Source of the DNA: Firmicutes bacterium UBA3738
GTDB taxonomy: Bacteria > Bacillota > Clostridia > Peptostreptococcales > Anaerovoracaceae
DNA length: 64,000 nucleotides
NCBI GenBank assembly: GCA_002372505.1
Contig: DFGY01000062.1
Coordinates: 28,322 to 92,321, forward strand
Direction of reading: 5' to 3'
Positions 26,982 to 36,187 of the stretch are shown in pieces. The notes beneath the pieces are model-generated. The model was not told where the DNA came from. It did no database searches and was given only the letters and a program-made list of their open reading frames with translations. The position numbers and the translations under genes were made by a program. Numbering within the stretch: the first letter of the stretch is position 1; each line of letters opens with the position of its first letter.

Positions 26982-27614
26982 ATGGAGAAAAAGATTCTGG
27001 CTTTGACAAAAGACGGAAAGTTAGCATTTTGCTCAGCAAAACCAGATGGTAGATGCAAAGACAGGTGCGATCACGCAGACCACCAAAAGTTTTATCAGAC
27101 AGCTCAGGATTTTATAACGCAATTAGGCATGAACGGGATCAAGCTTGAGAAAGATGATGAAATAAAGAGAGCTGTGTATTTAAAACGGAATATTGAAAAT
27201 CTGCACTTTCCAACAGATTATCATAAGAAATTGAAAGAAGATATCAGTTGGATAAAATATATCATTACTAACAATCCGGCACAGGAAAAGAACTCGAGAA
27301 TAATAAAAAACTATTATGAGTTCATTTACAAGTCTGATGCACTATTTGCAGTAATAGGCTATAGCGCATCAGGTATTAAAGATAAGCAAGAACAATATAA
27401 GCAGATAGATAGCAAGCGAAGAGATTTTCATAATGCCACACTTGGAGCTTTTGCTTCTATGGTTGCAGATTGCAAGCAAAAAATCGGTATAGATATTTAT
27501 GACAAAGATTATAAAGAGATATTAAAAGCACAGAGTGAATACGGAGGGGAACGAACCAGGGTCGCCAACTATCTGTATGATGTCATCAAATATTATAATG
27601 ATGTTGACGATTAG
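26982..27614 (+). CDS. Hypothetical protein (210 aa) with an N-terminal Cys/His cluster
   Basis: CSAKPDGRCKDRCDHADH cluster near the N-terminus. RBS AGGAGA upstream. Confidence 0.6.
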   Translation: MEKKILALTKDGKLAFCSAKPDGRCKDRCDHADHQKFYQTAQDFITQLGMNGIKLEKDDEIKRAVYLKRNIENLHFPTDYHKKLKEDISWIKYIITNNPAQEKNSRIIKNYYEFIYKSDALFAVIGYSASGIKDKQEQYKQIDSKRRDFHNATLGAFASMVADCKQKIGIDIYDKDYKEILKAQSEYGGERTRVANYLYDVIKYYNDVDD

Positions 27615-27647
27615 CTTTATTCAATCTTTTTTTAATCCATCTTGAAT

Positions 27648-27785
27648 GAAAAACAGGGGTAATTAGGGGGTATATTATGGATTTCCGCCAAAATGAAAAA
27701 TCCTCGGAACGCTTGAATTTCCAAGGATTTTTTTATGGTCGGAGAGACAGGATTTGAACCTGCGGCCACCTGACCCCCAGTCAGG
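27648..27785 (-). repeat. att-like copy C: the 3' 50 nt of tRNA-Pro (27736-27785, identical) plus a copy of its terminator/flank
   Basis: 27736-27785 is identical to 44395-44444. 27648-27735 is near-identical to 44307-44394. Confidence 0.9.
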
Positions 27786-27821
27786 GTGAGACCGTCGTGA
27801 TTTCAATGCTTTCAGCGATTG

Positions 27822-27856
27822 TTTCCACCACGATTTCCACCACAGTTTCCACCACT
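27822..27856. repeat. Three direct repeats TTTCCACCAC (period 12-13), arm-type-site-like
   Basis: Copies at 27822-27831, 27834-27843 and 27847-27856, 36 nt right of core copy C. Confidence 0.8.
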
Positions 27857-28014
27857 AAATTTTTCCAAATGTATAAATATGCGCGATTCCGGATAGTGCA
27901 AAGCGATCTCTACATTAGCGATTTTAATAATATGCAGTAAACATCAGCTTACCAATTACACTAAGCATTCCATTTCTATTTCAAATACATATGAGTCGCT
28001 CATCAATATCTATA

Positions 28015-29640
28015 TTAAAATCTAAAGGGCTCTTTTTTACGACCAGCCGCAAAATCGATTTCTTCGAAAAGAGCGCGACATTTTTCATATTGCGATAGCT
28101 TCAGTTGTTCTATAACATCATCGACATATTTTTCACCATGTTCGAGTTTTATCAATCCCTTAATATACTCTGCTGCCTCATGATAGATTTTTCTGCTTTT
28201 TTCTCCAGTAAGCGAAGAAAAGAAACTATTTGTAAAAAACTTTTTCAATTCAGGCTCATACTTCTCTGCAAGAAAATCTACATTTCTTATTATTTCAAAT
28301 CGACTCCCTTTCTCATTAAGCAAATTGAACAGCTTTTCTTTTTCGTCAGTGAATCTATACAACGTTACCAGATGGCCAAGATTTTTCGTGAGCTTTTCTA
28401 TTCTTTTTTCACATTCTGATAACCAGCCTGCATCCTTTAAATGTTGCAGCGGAACTGTATCATTATTGTTCAGATAATCATATAAATAGTACTCTTTCAA
28501 GATTTCTTTATCACCACATTTTTCATACAACTTATTTAACAAGAATGGAATGTACTGTTTGTTGTATAGTGGTTTTTTATTTATTTCTTTCGATATGGCA
28601 CAATAAAGCCCTTTGACATCAGGTGCACTCTCTATGCAAAAGCAGATATACTCTTTGTACTTTGCATTTTTGATCATAGTACTTACCATGTCATCCATTT
28701 CGGGCTTTTCAATAATGCAAATTGCAATAAGCACATTTGATTTTGGGCACGTATTTCGAATCCCCATTGATTTCAAACGAGCGAACCGATCATTCAAACC
28801 GGTTACATATTGTTTCTTCTGTTCTTTGGATAAATGCTTTGATAAATGCTCTGCGATCCATCGATAATCATCATACACCGCCAGATCATCTTTCATGAAA
28901 AGTTCATTCAAATCGCTTCTATATTCTTTATTTCTCCATAGAGATGATATTTTTCTCTTTTCCACATCGCTTAGCATAGGCTGAGAATAGTCTTTCCATT
29001 CACTGTCATTATCTCTCTGTAGAAGGATCAAGCGAGAATTCAGTTTGTCTAATAGAACACTGGCTCCATTTTTATTGCCGATAAATTCTGAATACCTATG
29101 CTTCAGATATTTGTTGAAAGTCTCTTTTTTGTCTTTCATCAATTCAACACGAAGAATCATCCTTAATTCTTCCGGTGTCATATTGTCTAGAAAATCATCC
29201 AGTAGCTCATCATAATACAAAATGCCAAATCCTTCATTCAACAATTTTGTCAGAGAACTATTACAAATCCTGCTCTTATCCAGTGAATATTCCATTTCTC
29301 TTTCTTCTTCATAATAGTCATGGTTGGTCTCCCTGCAATCATCATAGTCTTCATAATAGTCAGCCTTTTCCGGAAAGGCGGCCATCCATAATGCTGCCAT
29401 ATGCTTGCACATATTTCCGCTTTCCGCATACGGACAATCACAACTGGATTTAAGTGGTTCATTTATTTTAATTGTCACTGAATAGGGCTTGTCTTCGCTT
29501 CCCTCAACCAGTCCTTTGTATTCATAAGTATCTGTTTGCTCTATTTCCAGCACAAAATCGCGAGAATAATAATCATATCCTCTGGCTACGATTCTTTCAT
29601 CAAAGTAACTCATATAGCTATTGACTTTTTCTTTGGTCAT
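28015..29640 (-). CDS. SWIM zinc-finger domain protein (541 aa)
   Basis: N-terminal CDCPYAESGNMCKHMAALW (CxCxnCxH SWIM signature). The rest is helical and K/E/Y-rich. RBS GGAGAG. Confidence 0.75.
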   Translation of the reverse strand: MTKEKVNSYMSYFDERIVARGYDYYSRDFVLEIEQTDTYEYKGLVEGSEDKPYSVTIKINEPLKSSCDCPYAESGNMCKHMAALWMAAFPEKADYYEDYDDCRETNHDYYEEEREMEYSLDKSRICNSSLTKLLNEGFGILYYDELLDDFLDNMTPEELRMILRVELMKDKKETFNKYLKHRYSEFIGNKNGASVLLDKLNSRLILLQRDNDSEWKDYSQPMLSDVEKRKISSLWRNKEYRSDLNELFMKDDLAVYDDYRWIAEHLSKHLSKEQKKQYVTGLNDRFARLKSMGIRNTCPKSNVLIAICIIEKPEMDDMVSTMIKNAKYKEYICFCIESAPDVKGLYCAISKEINKKPLYNKQYIPFLLNKLYEKCGDKEILKEYYLYDYLNNNDTVPLQHLKDAGWLSECEKRIEKLTKNLGHLVTLYRFTDEKEKLFNLLNEKGSRFEIIRNVDFLAEKYEPELKKFFTNSFFSSLTGEKSRKIYHEAAEYIKGLIKLEHGEKYVDDVIEQLKLSQYEKCRALFEEIDFAAGRKKEPFRF

Positions 29641-29664
29641 TTTTTCTCTCCAGAAGATTTGTTT

Positions 29665-30972
29665 TCAATCTTTCAAGCATCCTACAGGAATCACTTTTAC
29701 TCCATTTTCTGTTGTATAAGCCATTGGAGCATTCCCACATATTATGATAAGGAGCGATGGCTCTCGATATTCTATCCCCGGATGCGCTTCATTCAACCTG
29801 GCCTTTTCATTATGTTCACGTATAACCTTAGTAAATTTTATCAAGTTCTCTTCCGCTGCCGGCACAGCATTTGATCCTGTTTTTATTTCAATCAAGGCAT
29901 AACGCCCATCGTTTAACTGCAGTACTGCATCTGCCTCAAGCCCATTGCTGTCGCTATAATGCATCAGTCTGGCATCGTGTGCTTGTGCAAAAACAAGAAG
30001 GTCCCTAAGCACCATATTTTCGAAGGCATGACCAAACAAATCAAGATCATTATTAAAATAGTCCGGAGATACACCCAACGAAGCCAGCGCGATAGACGGA
30101 TCAATGAATATATGCTTCTTTGCAGCTCTAATCGATGTCTTTGAACGTATTTGTGGTGTCCATGCATCGATATCCTTTAATACGAATAATTTTTCAAGAG
30201 CTGTAATGTATGACGAAATTGTGACATCCGACATGTCATGATTTGACCGAACATCCGAATATATATTCTTTCTCTTCGCAAGTGTTGCCATATTTCTGGC
30301 ATAAGACCAAATAATCGTCCTAGCCCATTCCTGATTTCGTTTCACATCATCGATCGTACTAATATCCTTTAGATATATTTGTTTAAAATAATCTCTTGCA
30401 ATTTCAAGCTTTGACGCATCCGAAGAGAGCGCCAGGCATCTTGGCCAGCCACCCCTGCAGACCGCAAAAAACAACTCCTCTAACTTTGTATTACACTTCT
30501 GCCCATCAATAATAAAGTCTTCATCGTCAAACAGTTTCTTCAACGAAATCGAGCCATTCGATTCTCCTGTCTCATACAAGGTCATTGGATACATCATAAT
30601 ACTTGTAATCCTTCCGGTGCCTGTATGCGGTGTATCCACATCTTTGCTGGTTGAACCTGTAAGATAGTATTCCCCAACAGACTCCGGCTCATCATCACAA
30701 GCTTTTCTTATCGCGCCCCATATTTTAGGAGCATCTTGCCATTCATCAAAAAGAATTGGCTTTTCATTATTCAAAAATAGTTTGGGCGAGGTGTTTGCAA
30801 CAGCCAGATAGCCTTCTCTCCTTTCTTCGTCCTGAAACTCTATAATTGTCTTGCAGCGTTCCTGTGAAGTACGCGTCTTGCCGCATCCTTTTGGCCCAAT
30901 TATATTTATCGCATTAAACGCTTCTTTTTTCTTATCGATCTCTGAATCTACGATTCTTCGTATATAGTCCAT
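29665..30972 (-). CDS. AAA_14-type ATPase with a C-terminal DUF4143 (PD-(D/E)xK-like) domain
   Basis: Walker A GPKGCGKTR, Walker B ILFDEWQD, C-terminal DGRYALIEIKTGSN (D..ExK-like). Confidence 0.8.
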   Translation of the reverse strand: MDYIRRIVDSEIDKKKEAFNAINIIGPKGCGKTRTSQERCKTIIEFQDEERREGYLAVANTSPKLFLNNEKPILFDEWQDAPKIWGAIRKACDDEPESVGEYYLTGSTSKDVDTPHTGTGRITSIMMYPMTLYETGESNGSISLKKLFDDEDFIIDGQKCNTKLEELFFAVCRGGWPRCLALSSDASKLEIARDYFKQIYLKDISTIDDVKRNQEWARTIIWSYARNMATLAKRKNIYSDVRSNHDMSDVTISSYITALEKLFVLKDIDAWTPQIRSKTSIRAAKKHIFIDPSIALASLGVSPDYFNNDLDLFGHAFENMVLRDLLVFAQAHDARLMHYSDSNGLEADAVLQLNDGRYALIEIKTGSNAVPAAEENLIKFTKVIREHNEKARLNEAHPGIEYREPSLLIIICGNAPMAYTTENGVKVIPVGCLKD

Positions 30973-31035
30973 GCACTTTCATTCTCCCTTTCATATGTCT
31001 ATTATTCCACAGACAAGGCGAAACATCAAGTTGTG

Positions 31036-31106
31036 TTTTGTGTTTTTCGACTATTTTGTTTTGTGTTTTTCGACTATTTTGTTTTGCGTTTTTCGACTAT
31101 TTTATT
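31036..31106. repeat. Three tandem 23-bp direct repeats (TGTGTTTTTCGACTATTTTGTTT) upstream of the ATPase gene
   Basis: CGACTATTTT occurs at 31048, 31071 and 31094 (period 23). Confidence 0.85.
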
Positions 31107-31150
31107 TTGCAAGTTGTCAAAGTAGGTTTTCCAAGGATTATTGATGGCCT

Positions 31151-31252
31151 AAGAGACAGGATTGGCAGCCTGCGGCCACCTGACCCCCAGTCAGTACTTA
31201 GTTGCTTATTTTTCAATGGCTATACGGTTTATGGCAACCTATATGGCAACCT
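31151..31252 (-). repeat. att-like copy E: degenerate tRNA-Pro 3' fragment plus type-2 arm (TATGGCAACC x2)
   Basis: AAGAGACAGGATTGGCAGCCTGCGGCCACCTGACCCCCAGTCAG, followed by TACTTAGTTGCTTATTTTTCAATGGCTATACGGTTTATGGCAACCTATATGGCAACC. Confidence 0.8.
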
Positions 31253-31428
31253 AATAATTGACGGAATTATCAAATGCTTATTATGTTGATTATTATTGAA
31301 TTGACAGCATCCAAAATCAAATGATTCAAATTCAACCTATGCAAAATACACAAAGAGAACAAAAGGACATGGTACAAACAGTATTTCTATAAAGTGCGTT
31401 TACAAAAAAGTAAAATAGCATGACAGAA

Positions 31429-31464
31429 AAATGAGGCGGAAGTTTTTTCGGATCCGCCTCATTT
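31429..31464 (-). terminator. Rho-independent terminator of the membrane-protein gene
   Basis: AAATGAGGCGGA / TCCGCCTCATTT, a 12-bp stem, followed on the minus strand by a TTTTTCTG tract. Confidence 0.7.
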
Positions 31465-31524
31465 GCTTTTAAACTTAATAGTCGTTAATATGTCTCGCTG
31501 CAATGCGTCCTGTGCGGGTGCTGC

Positions 31525-32166
31525 TTACAGCATATTCTTTGTCTGACTCAGCACCTTAAGGAAAAGGATGTAAGCGATCACAGATACAACTGCGATAACG
31601 ATGGCGATTATACCTGCTATTACCACCATTTCTTTTGCACTTATGAATGCCAGTACGACTCCCAGCAGAATGGATACGACATACAGCGCCGTGATTAATT
31701 TTACCGTGCTGGAAGCCAGTTTTTCAACATGTTCATCTCCTACTCTCTTTGCCAGAAAACCGCAGCCCTGGATGATATATATGGTTACCATAAGGTTGCA
31801 GAAATTGCTAAGTACGCCGGTTATATCTTTTGCCATCTCGTTATTTCCAAAGAATCCGGCTACAAACGCAACTACCAGTCCGCCTATCAGAAAAGCCATT
31901 GCTTTTTTGAACTCGGGTTCTTCCTTGGATGCTCTGCTTATACCGACGACCTGGAATATGAAAGCTAAAACCACAGCAGCCAAGCCTAGTATCGCTACCA
32001 ATCCTATTCCGGCCATTCCGCCTTCTGTAATATTCGTTGCACCTCCGTTAGTAGCGGATATTACAATGATCACGCTTGAAACTGCTGCCAGAATAATCGC
32101 ACATATACTCAGGATCTCACCGATGTAGATCAATCCGACGCCTTTTTTTGCACTATTCAATTCCAT
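31525..32166 (-). CDS. Polytopic membrane protein (about 6 TM), unknown function
   Basis: Hydrophobic throughout. The ATG at 32166 with RBS AAGGAAG is preferred over the GTG at 32175. Confidence 0.7.
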   Translation of the reverse strand: MELNSAKKGVGLIYIGEILSICAIILAAVSSVIIVISATNGGATNITEGGMAGIGLVAILGLAAVVLAFIFQVVGISRASKEEPEFKKAMAFLIGGLVVAFVAGFFGNNEMAKDITGVLSNFCNLMVTIYIIQGCGFLAKRVGDEHVEKLASSTVKLITALYVVSILLGVVLAFISAKEMVVIAGIIAIVIAVVSVIAYILFLKVLSQTKNML

Positions 32167-32611
32167 TTTTACCACTTCCTTTTTTTTTCGTTATTTTCGA
32201 ATCCTTGATGCAGGCATTTAACGATGCCTTCAAACTCGTTTGATAGTTATATTTTATAATTCCACTAGTATTTTAACACATATTCTCTTCATTAGCCACT
32301 TCTTGTTGTTAGACGCTGCGGGAAAAAGGGAAATTTATCAAGTTAACACCAAAAGAAAAAAATGAAAAGAGCATTGACGGAATGAAGATATACACTGAAG
32401 AACAGGAGGTGCGTATGAATCGGTTGCACAACTTGCAGCTGCTTTTTCTTCGGTGGGGATCAAATGCCGGGATATCCACCATCCCAAACCACTCTTTTCG
32501 TCAAGAAACAGTAAAAAGTCAATTGCCCGAGTCATTTGACAATAAGAGAATTGCATTGATACAATATATTTTATATATGAATTAACAACAGCAGCGGAGG
32601 AGTTTTACGAT

Positions 32612-35600
32612 ATGAATGACACGAAAAATATAAGATGGCACTTGATACTGGTCGCCTTTGGTATTTTGCTGGGAGTGATGATCACGCTTCTTGGCGGTAT
32701 CACAGGATCTGTTGCTCATGCCGAAGATGGTGACAAAGCTGACCGCACGATCATCTATTATAATGATGGCGCTTCTTCCGAAGAAACCAATATGGCGTGC
32801 AGTGACATGCTGATGGAGGCGATGGCTGCCAAATTTGACAGCAAAAAGATCCGCTTTATTGTGATGACAGGAGGCTCCTTGAAATGGCATCTGGATCCCA
32901 GATATCTACGCGACAAGAATGGCGAAGCGGATAAGATCGATGCGATCAGCACCGAATACAATCAGGTCTGGGAGCTGTTCGGTGCCACTGATACCAGCGA
33001 AGGTTACATGAAATTGATCGATGGTGACGGCGTAACGGGCGTTGAAGTCAAGTCCGAAGATGAGCTGATGAATAATCCGAACACGTTAAAAACCTTCATC
33101 AATTTTGCGAAAAATTATGCTCCGGCTGAAAAATATGATCTTATCATGCTCGACCACGGCAGCGGTCCGGGACATGGTTATGGTTTGGATGACCATGATA
33201 CGGTAAATCCGAATAAAAAATTGCATGTCTATGAAATGCGTCAGGCTATTTCCGAGTGTGATGTGATTCAGCAAGGCGGGAAATTCGATATGATCTTTCT
33301 TGAGTGCTGCATGAACGGAAATTTTGAGACACTTCTTGCTCTGCAGGATTATGCGGACTATTTTATAGGCTCTCCTGATGTTGACCCCATAAATTCTGTG
33401 GAATATACGGACGTACTGAACTATCTGAATGAAAATCCTGCCATGGACGCGAAGTTACTTGGCAAAAAAATGGTGGATGTCTTCCATGATTATTTTGAAA
33501 GTCATATGGAGGAGAGATCCCTTGGCAAAGCTGTCCAATTATCCTTGGTTGACACGGCAAAGTTTAAGGATAGCGGGATCCTGAATCGAATGCAGCAAAT
33601 CGCCGAGACGCTGAGATCGGAGGCCGCCGGTAAAAGATTTTATGATGAGATCCGTTCCTCACAGGATGATTACAGAACATATTATAGTTATTTGCAGGAT
33701 ATGAGTACCCTGGCAGAGCAGCTGGGGATCAATATAAAGGAGTCTGATTTTCAGAATCCAGAAATGAAAAACAGTTATACGGATGATGCGATCCAGGTTC
33801 AAAACATATTAGGAGATACGGATGTCATCTATTCTAAATATACTAGCGATTCCAGGAAAGATGATGTGATATTCGGAAGAGACGAACAGGGAAAGATAAC
33901 AGTAAAAGTCGAAAAAAACCCGGCAGGCGGATTGAATATCTTTTTCCCAAACATGCACATGAGCAATATCCCCGCTGAAATAGTGCACTATATTGATGCA
34001 ATGAAGAAACTTGCAGACAAGTTGGCGGAGGATCCTAATGATGATCCTAAGGTCGAGGCTTTTATCACGACCTACAGGCAGGCAGTCATAGATTACGCGC
34101 TGATCTACGAGATCGGTACAGCTGTTTCCAATATCGTGGACAGCGAAGGTTATGACGGAACCGTTGATTTGAACAAAATCAGGGAATACTTCGAAGCAGA
34201 GGATCAAAAATTAGTGGACCAGGGATTAGAAAGCGAAAATCAATGGGGTTCGATCTCACATATCATCGATGAAAGTGATAGAAAAGATTCAGGGTGGCTT
34301 AACGAGATCATCGAGATCCAGAAGAAAGAAGTAATAAACCCAAAGAACGTTGCGATCCGGAAGACAGACAAGGATTATCTCATCGATATTACGAACACAC
34401 CTCAGAAGATCATCGGCGTTCCTGAGCTTCGTTTAAGCGCAAAGATATCGCATCAGTCTTCTGAAGAAGGATTTGATTTCTTGTATCCAGATCCACTGAT
34501 CGTATATACAGGCGAGCTGGCAGCGGATGCTATGCAGGACGTCAGCTCTTTTGAAGAATTTATTGGCGGAAATCATTCTGCTTACAGGGTCCCGCTGCAT
34601 GACGGGCAGTGGTATGCGGTAAAAGATTCTAATGGAAAAATACACCCTGCGAGCATCGCGTCAGATCGGTCGGTTTATGCAGCGTTTAAGTTTAAAGACG
34701 GCACAAATAAAGGTGGAGAGCTGCATTTTGACGCACAGGGGAAGGCAAAACATATTTATCTCGATGGTGATACAAAGCCCATCGACCTTGAGATCTACAA
34801 AGATCCCGTGAAAGTGACGCTGATGAATCACTCCAGTAATGCGGGAATGGTTTCCGGGGAATTTGAGATCAGCGGGACAAATTCCAGATTGGTAAGAGCA
34901 CCTTATAAAGATCTGAATATCAAATCTGTTGATGCCAAGCTGTATATCTGTGATATTTACGGAGTGGGACACGAGATCGCGCTTCCGGATTTCAGAACAA
35001 AGGCAACCATAACGACCGCGCCAGTCGGTAAGACCGGGCTGACTTACACAGGTAAGGCTCAGGCACTTGTCAAAGCAGGAAAAGCCAAAGGCGGCACGAT
35101 GCAGTACGCGCTTGGTAAAAATGCGAAGGACGCGCCGACTTCCGGATGGAGCGCATCCATACCGAAAGGAACAAAGGCCGGAACATATTACGTCTGGTAC
35201 AAGGTCGCAGGCGATAAGAACCATATCGATACTGTACCGAAATGTATCATAGTAAAGATCTCAAAAGCCATCACTAAAGTAACAGTCAATGCAAAGGCTG
35301 TCACTGCAAATACAGTAGCCAAGATGGTGGCAAAGGGCAAAAATGCCATGACCATTTCCTGGTCGGTGGTAAAGAATGCCGACGGATACGATGTGTTCTT
35401 CGCACGCTGCAACCACCACGGCAAGAAAATAAAAATGAAAAAGGTAAAGACCTTTAACAGCAACACGAAAACGAGCTACACAAAGAAAGGTCTTAAGAAA
35501 GGCGCATCTTACAAGGCTAAAGTCAGAGCCTTTGTCAAGGTAAAGGGCAAGAAAAAGTACATCATGACCAGCCCGGCAATGCACGCATTCGCAGGTAACG

Positions 35601-35887
35601 GAACAAAGAGATACACCAACGCTAAGAGCGTCAGTGTGAAGAAAAACAGCATCACACTGAAAAAGGGCAAGACCTACAAAATCAAAGCCACAGTGAAAAA
35701 AGCAAATAAAAACAAGAAACTCATGCCCGCGAAGCATATGAAGAAACTGCGCTACAGTAGCATGAACAAGAAAATAGCAACAGTTTCCAAGACCGGCATA
35801 ATAAAAGCCAAAGCCAAAGGCAAATGCATCATCTACGTTTACGCCCACAACGGCATCGGCAAACTGGTTAACGTAACAGTCAAGTAA
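32612..35887 (+). CDS. Secreted clostripain-like (peptidase C11) protein with a C-terminal lysine-rich Fn3-like + Big_2 module (1091 aa)
   Basis: Signal/TM segment. LDHGSGPGHGYGLDD (catalytic His region) and FLECCMNGN (catalytic Cys region). C-terminal MTISWSVVKNADGYDVFF and ATVSKTGIIKAKAKGKCIIYV. Confidence 0.8.
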   Translation: MNDTKNIRWHLILVAFGILLGVMITLLGGITGSVAHAEDGDKADRTIIYYNDGASSEETNMACSDMLMEAMAAKFDSKKIRFIVMTGGSLKWHLDPRYLRDKNGEADKIDAISTEYNQVWELFGATDTSEGYMKLIDGDGVTGVEVKSEDELMNNPNTLKTFINFAKNYAPAEKYDLIMLDHGSGPGHGYGLDDHDTVNPNKKLHVYEMRQAISECDVIQQGGKFDMIFLECCMNGNFETLLALQDYADYFIGSPDVDPINSVEYTDVLNYLNENPAMDAKLLGKKMVDVFHDYFESHMEERSLGKAVQLSLVDTAKFKDSGILNRMQQIAETLRSEAAGKRFYDEIRSSQDDYRTYYSYLQDMSTLAEQLGINIKESDFQNPEMKNSYTDDAIQVQNILGDTDVIYSKYTSDSRKDDVIFGRDEQGKITVKVEKNPAGGLNIFFPNMHMSNIPAEIVHYIDAMKKLADKLAEDPNDDPKVEAFITTYRQAVIDYALIYEIGTAVSNIVDSEGYDGTVDLNKIREYFEAEDQKLVDQGLESENQWGSISHIIDESDRKDSGWLNEIIEIQKKEVINPKNVAIRKTDKDYLIDITNTPQKIIGVPELRLSAKISHQSSEEGFDFLYPDPLIVYTGELAADAMQDVSSFEEFIGGNHSAYRVPLHDGQWYAVKDSNGKIHPASIASDRSVYAAFKFKDGTNKGGELHFDAQGKAKHIYLDGDTKPIDLEIYKDPVKVTLMNHSSNAGMVSGEFEISGTNSRLVRAPYKDLNIKSVDAKLYICDIYGVGHEIALPDFRTKATITTAPVGKTGLTYTGKAQALVKAGKAKGGTMQYALGKNAKDAPTSGWSASIPKGTKAGTYYVWYKVAGDKNHIDTVPKCIIVKISKAITKVTVNAKAVTANTVAKMVAKGKNAMTISWSVVKNADGYDVFFARCNHHGKKIKMKKVKTFNSNTKTSYTKKGLKKGASYKAKVRAFVKVKGKKKYIMTSPAMHAFAGNGTKRYTNAKSVSVKKNSITLKKGKTYKIKATVKKANKNKKLMPAKHMKKLRYSSMNKKIATVSKTGIIKAKAKGKCIIYVYAHNGIGKLVNVTVK

Positions 35888-35936
35888 TCAAAGGATGTAA
35901 TCAGTTGATTCAGAAATTAAAACTCAAAATCTAAAA

Positions 35937-35956
35937 CAGGACGCTTTCGCGTCCTG
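35937..35956 (+). terminator. Terminator of the clostripain-like gene
   Basis: CAGGACGC-TTTC-GCGTCCTG followed by CTTT. Confidence 0.65.
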
Positions 35957-35966
35957 CTTTAGATAT

Positions 35967-36145
35967 AGGGGGGTATATTATGGATTTCCGTCAAAAAGAA
36001 AAAACCTCGGAATGCTTGAAATTCCAAGGATTTTTTGATTGTCGGAGAGACAGGATTTGAACCTGCGGCCACCTGACCCCCAGTCAGTACTTGGCTGCTT
36101 ATTTTTCAATGGCTGCACGGTTTATGGCAACCTATATGGCAACCC
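35967..36145 (-). repeat. att-like copy B: terminator-flank copy + tRNA-Pro 3' 47 nt (36041-36087) + type-2 arm (TATGGCAACC at 36123 and 36135)
   Basis: Direct alignment to 44320-44441 and to the arms of copies D and E. Confidence 0.9.
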
Positions 36146-36187
36146 GTGTTTTCAGTCGAACAATACTCAAAACCTTGTCATATATAT

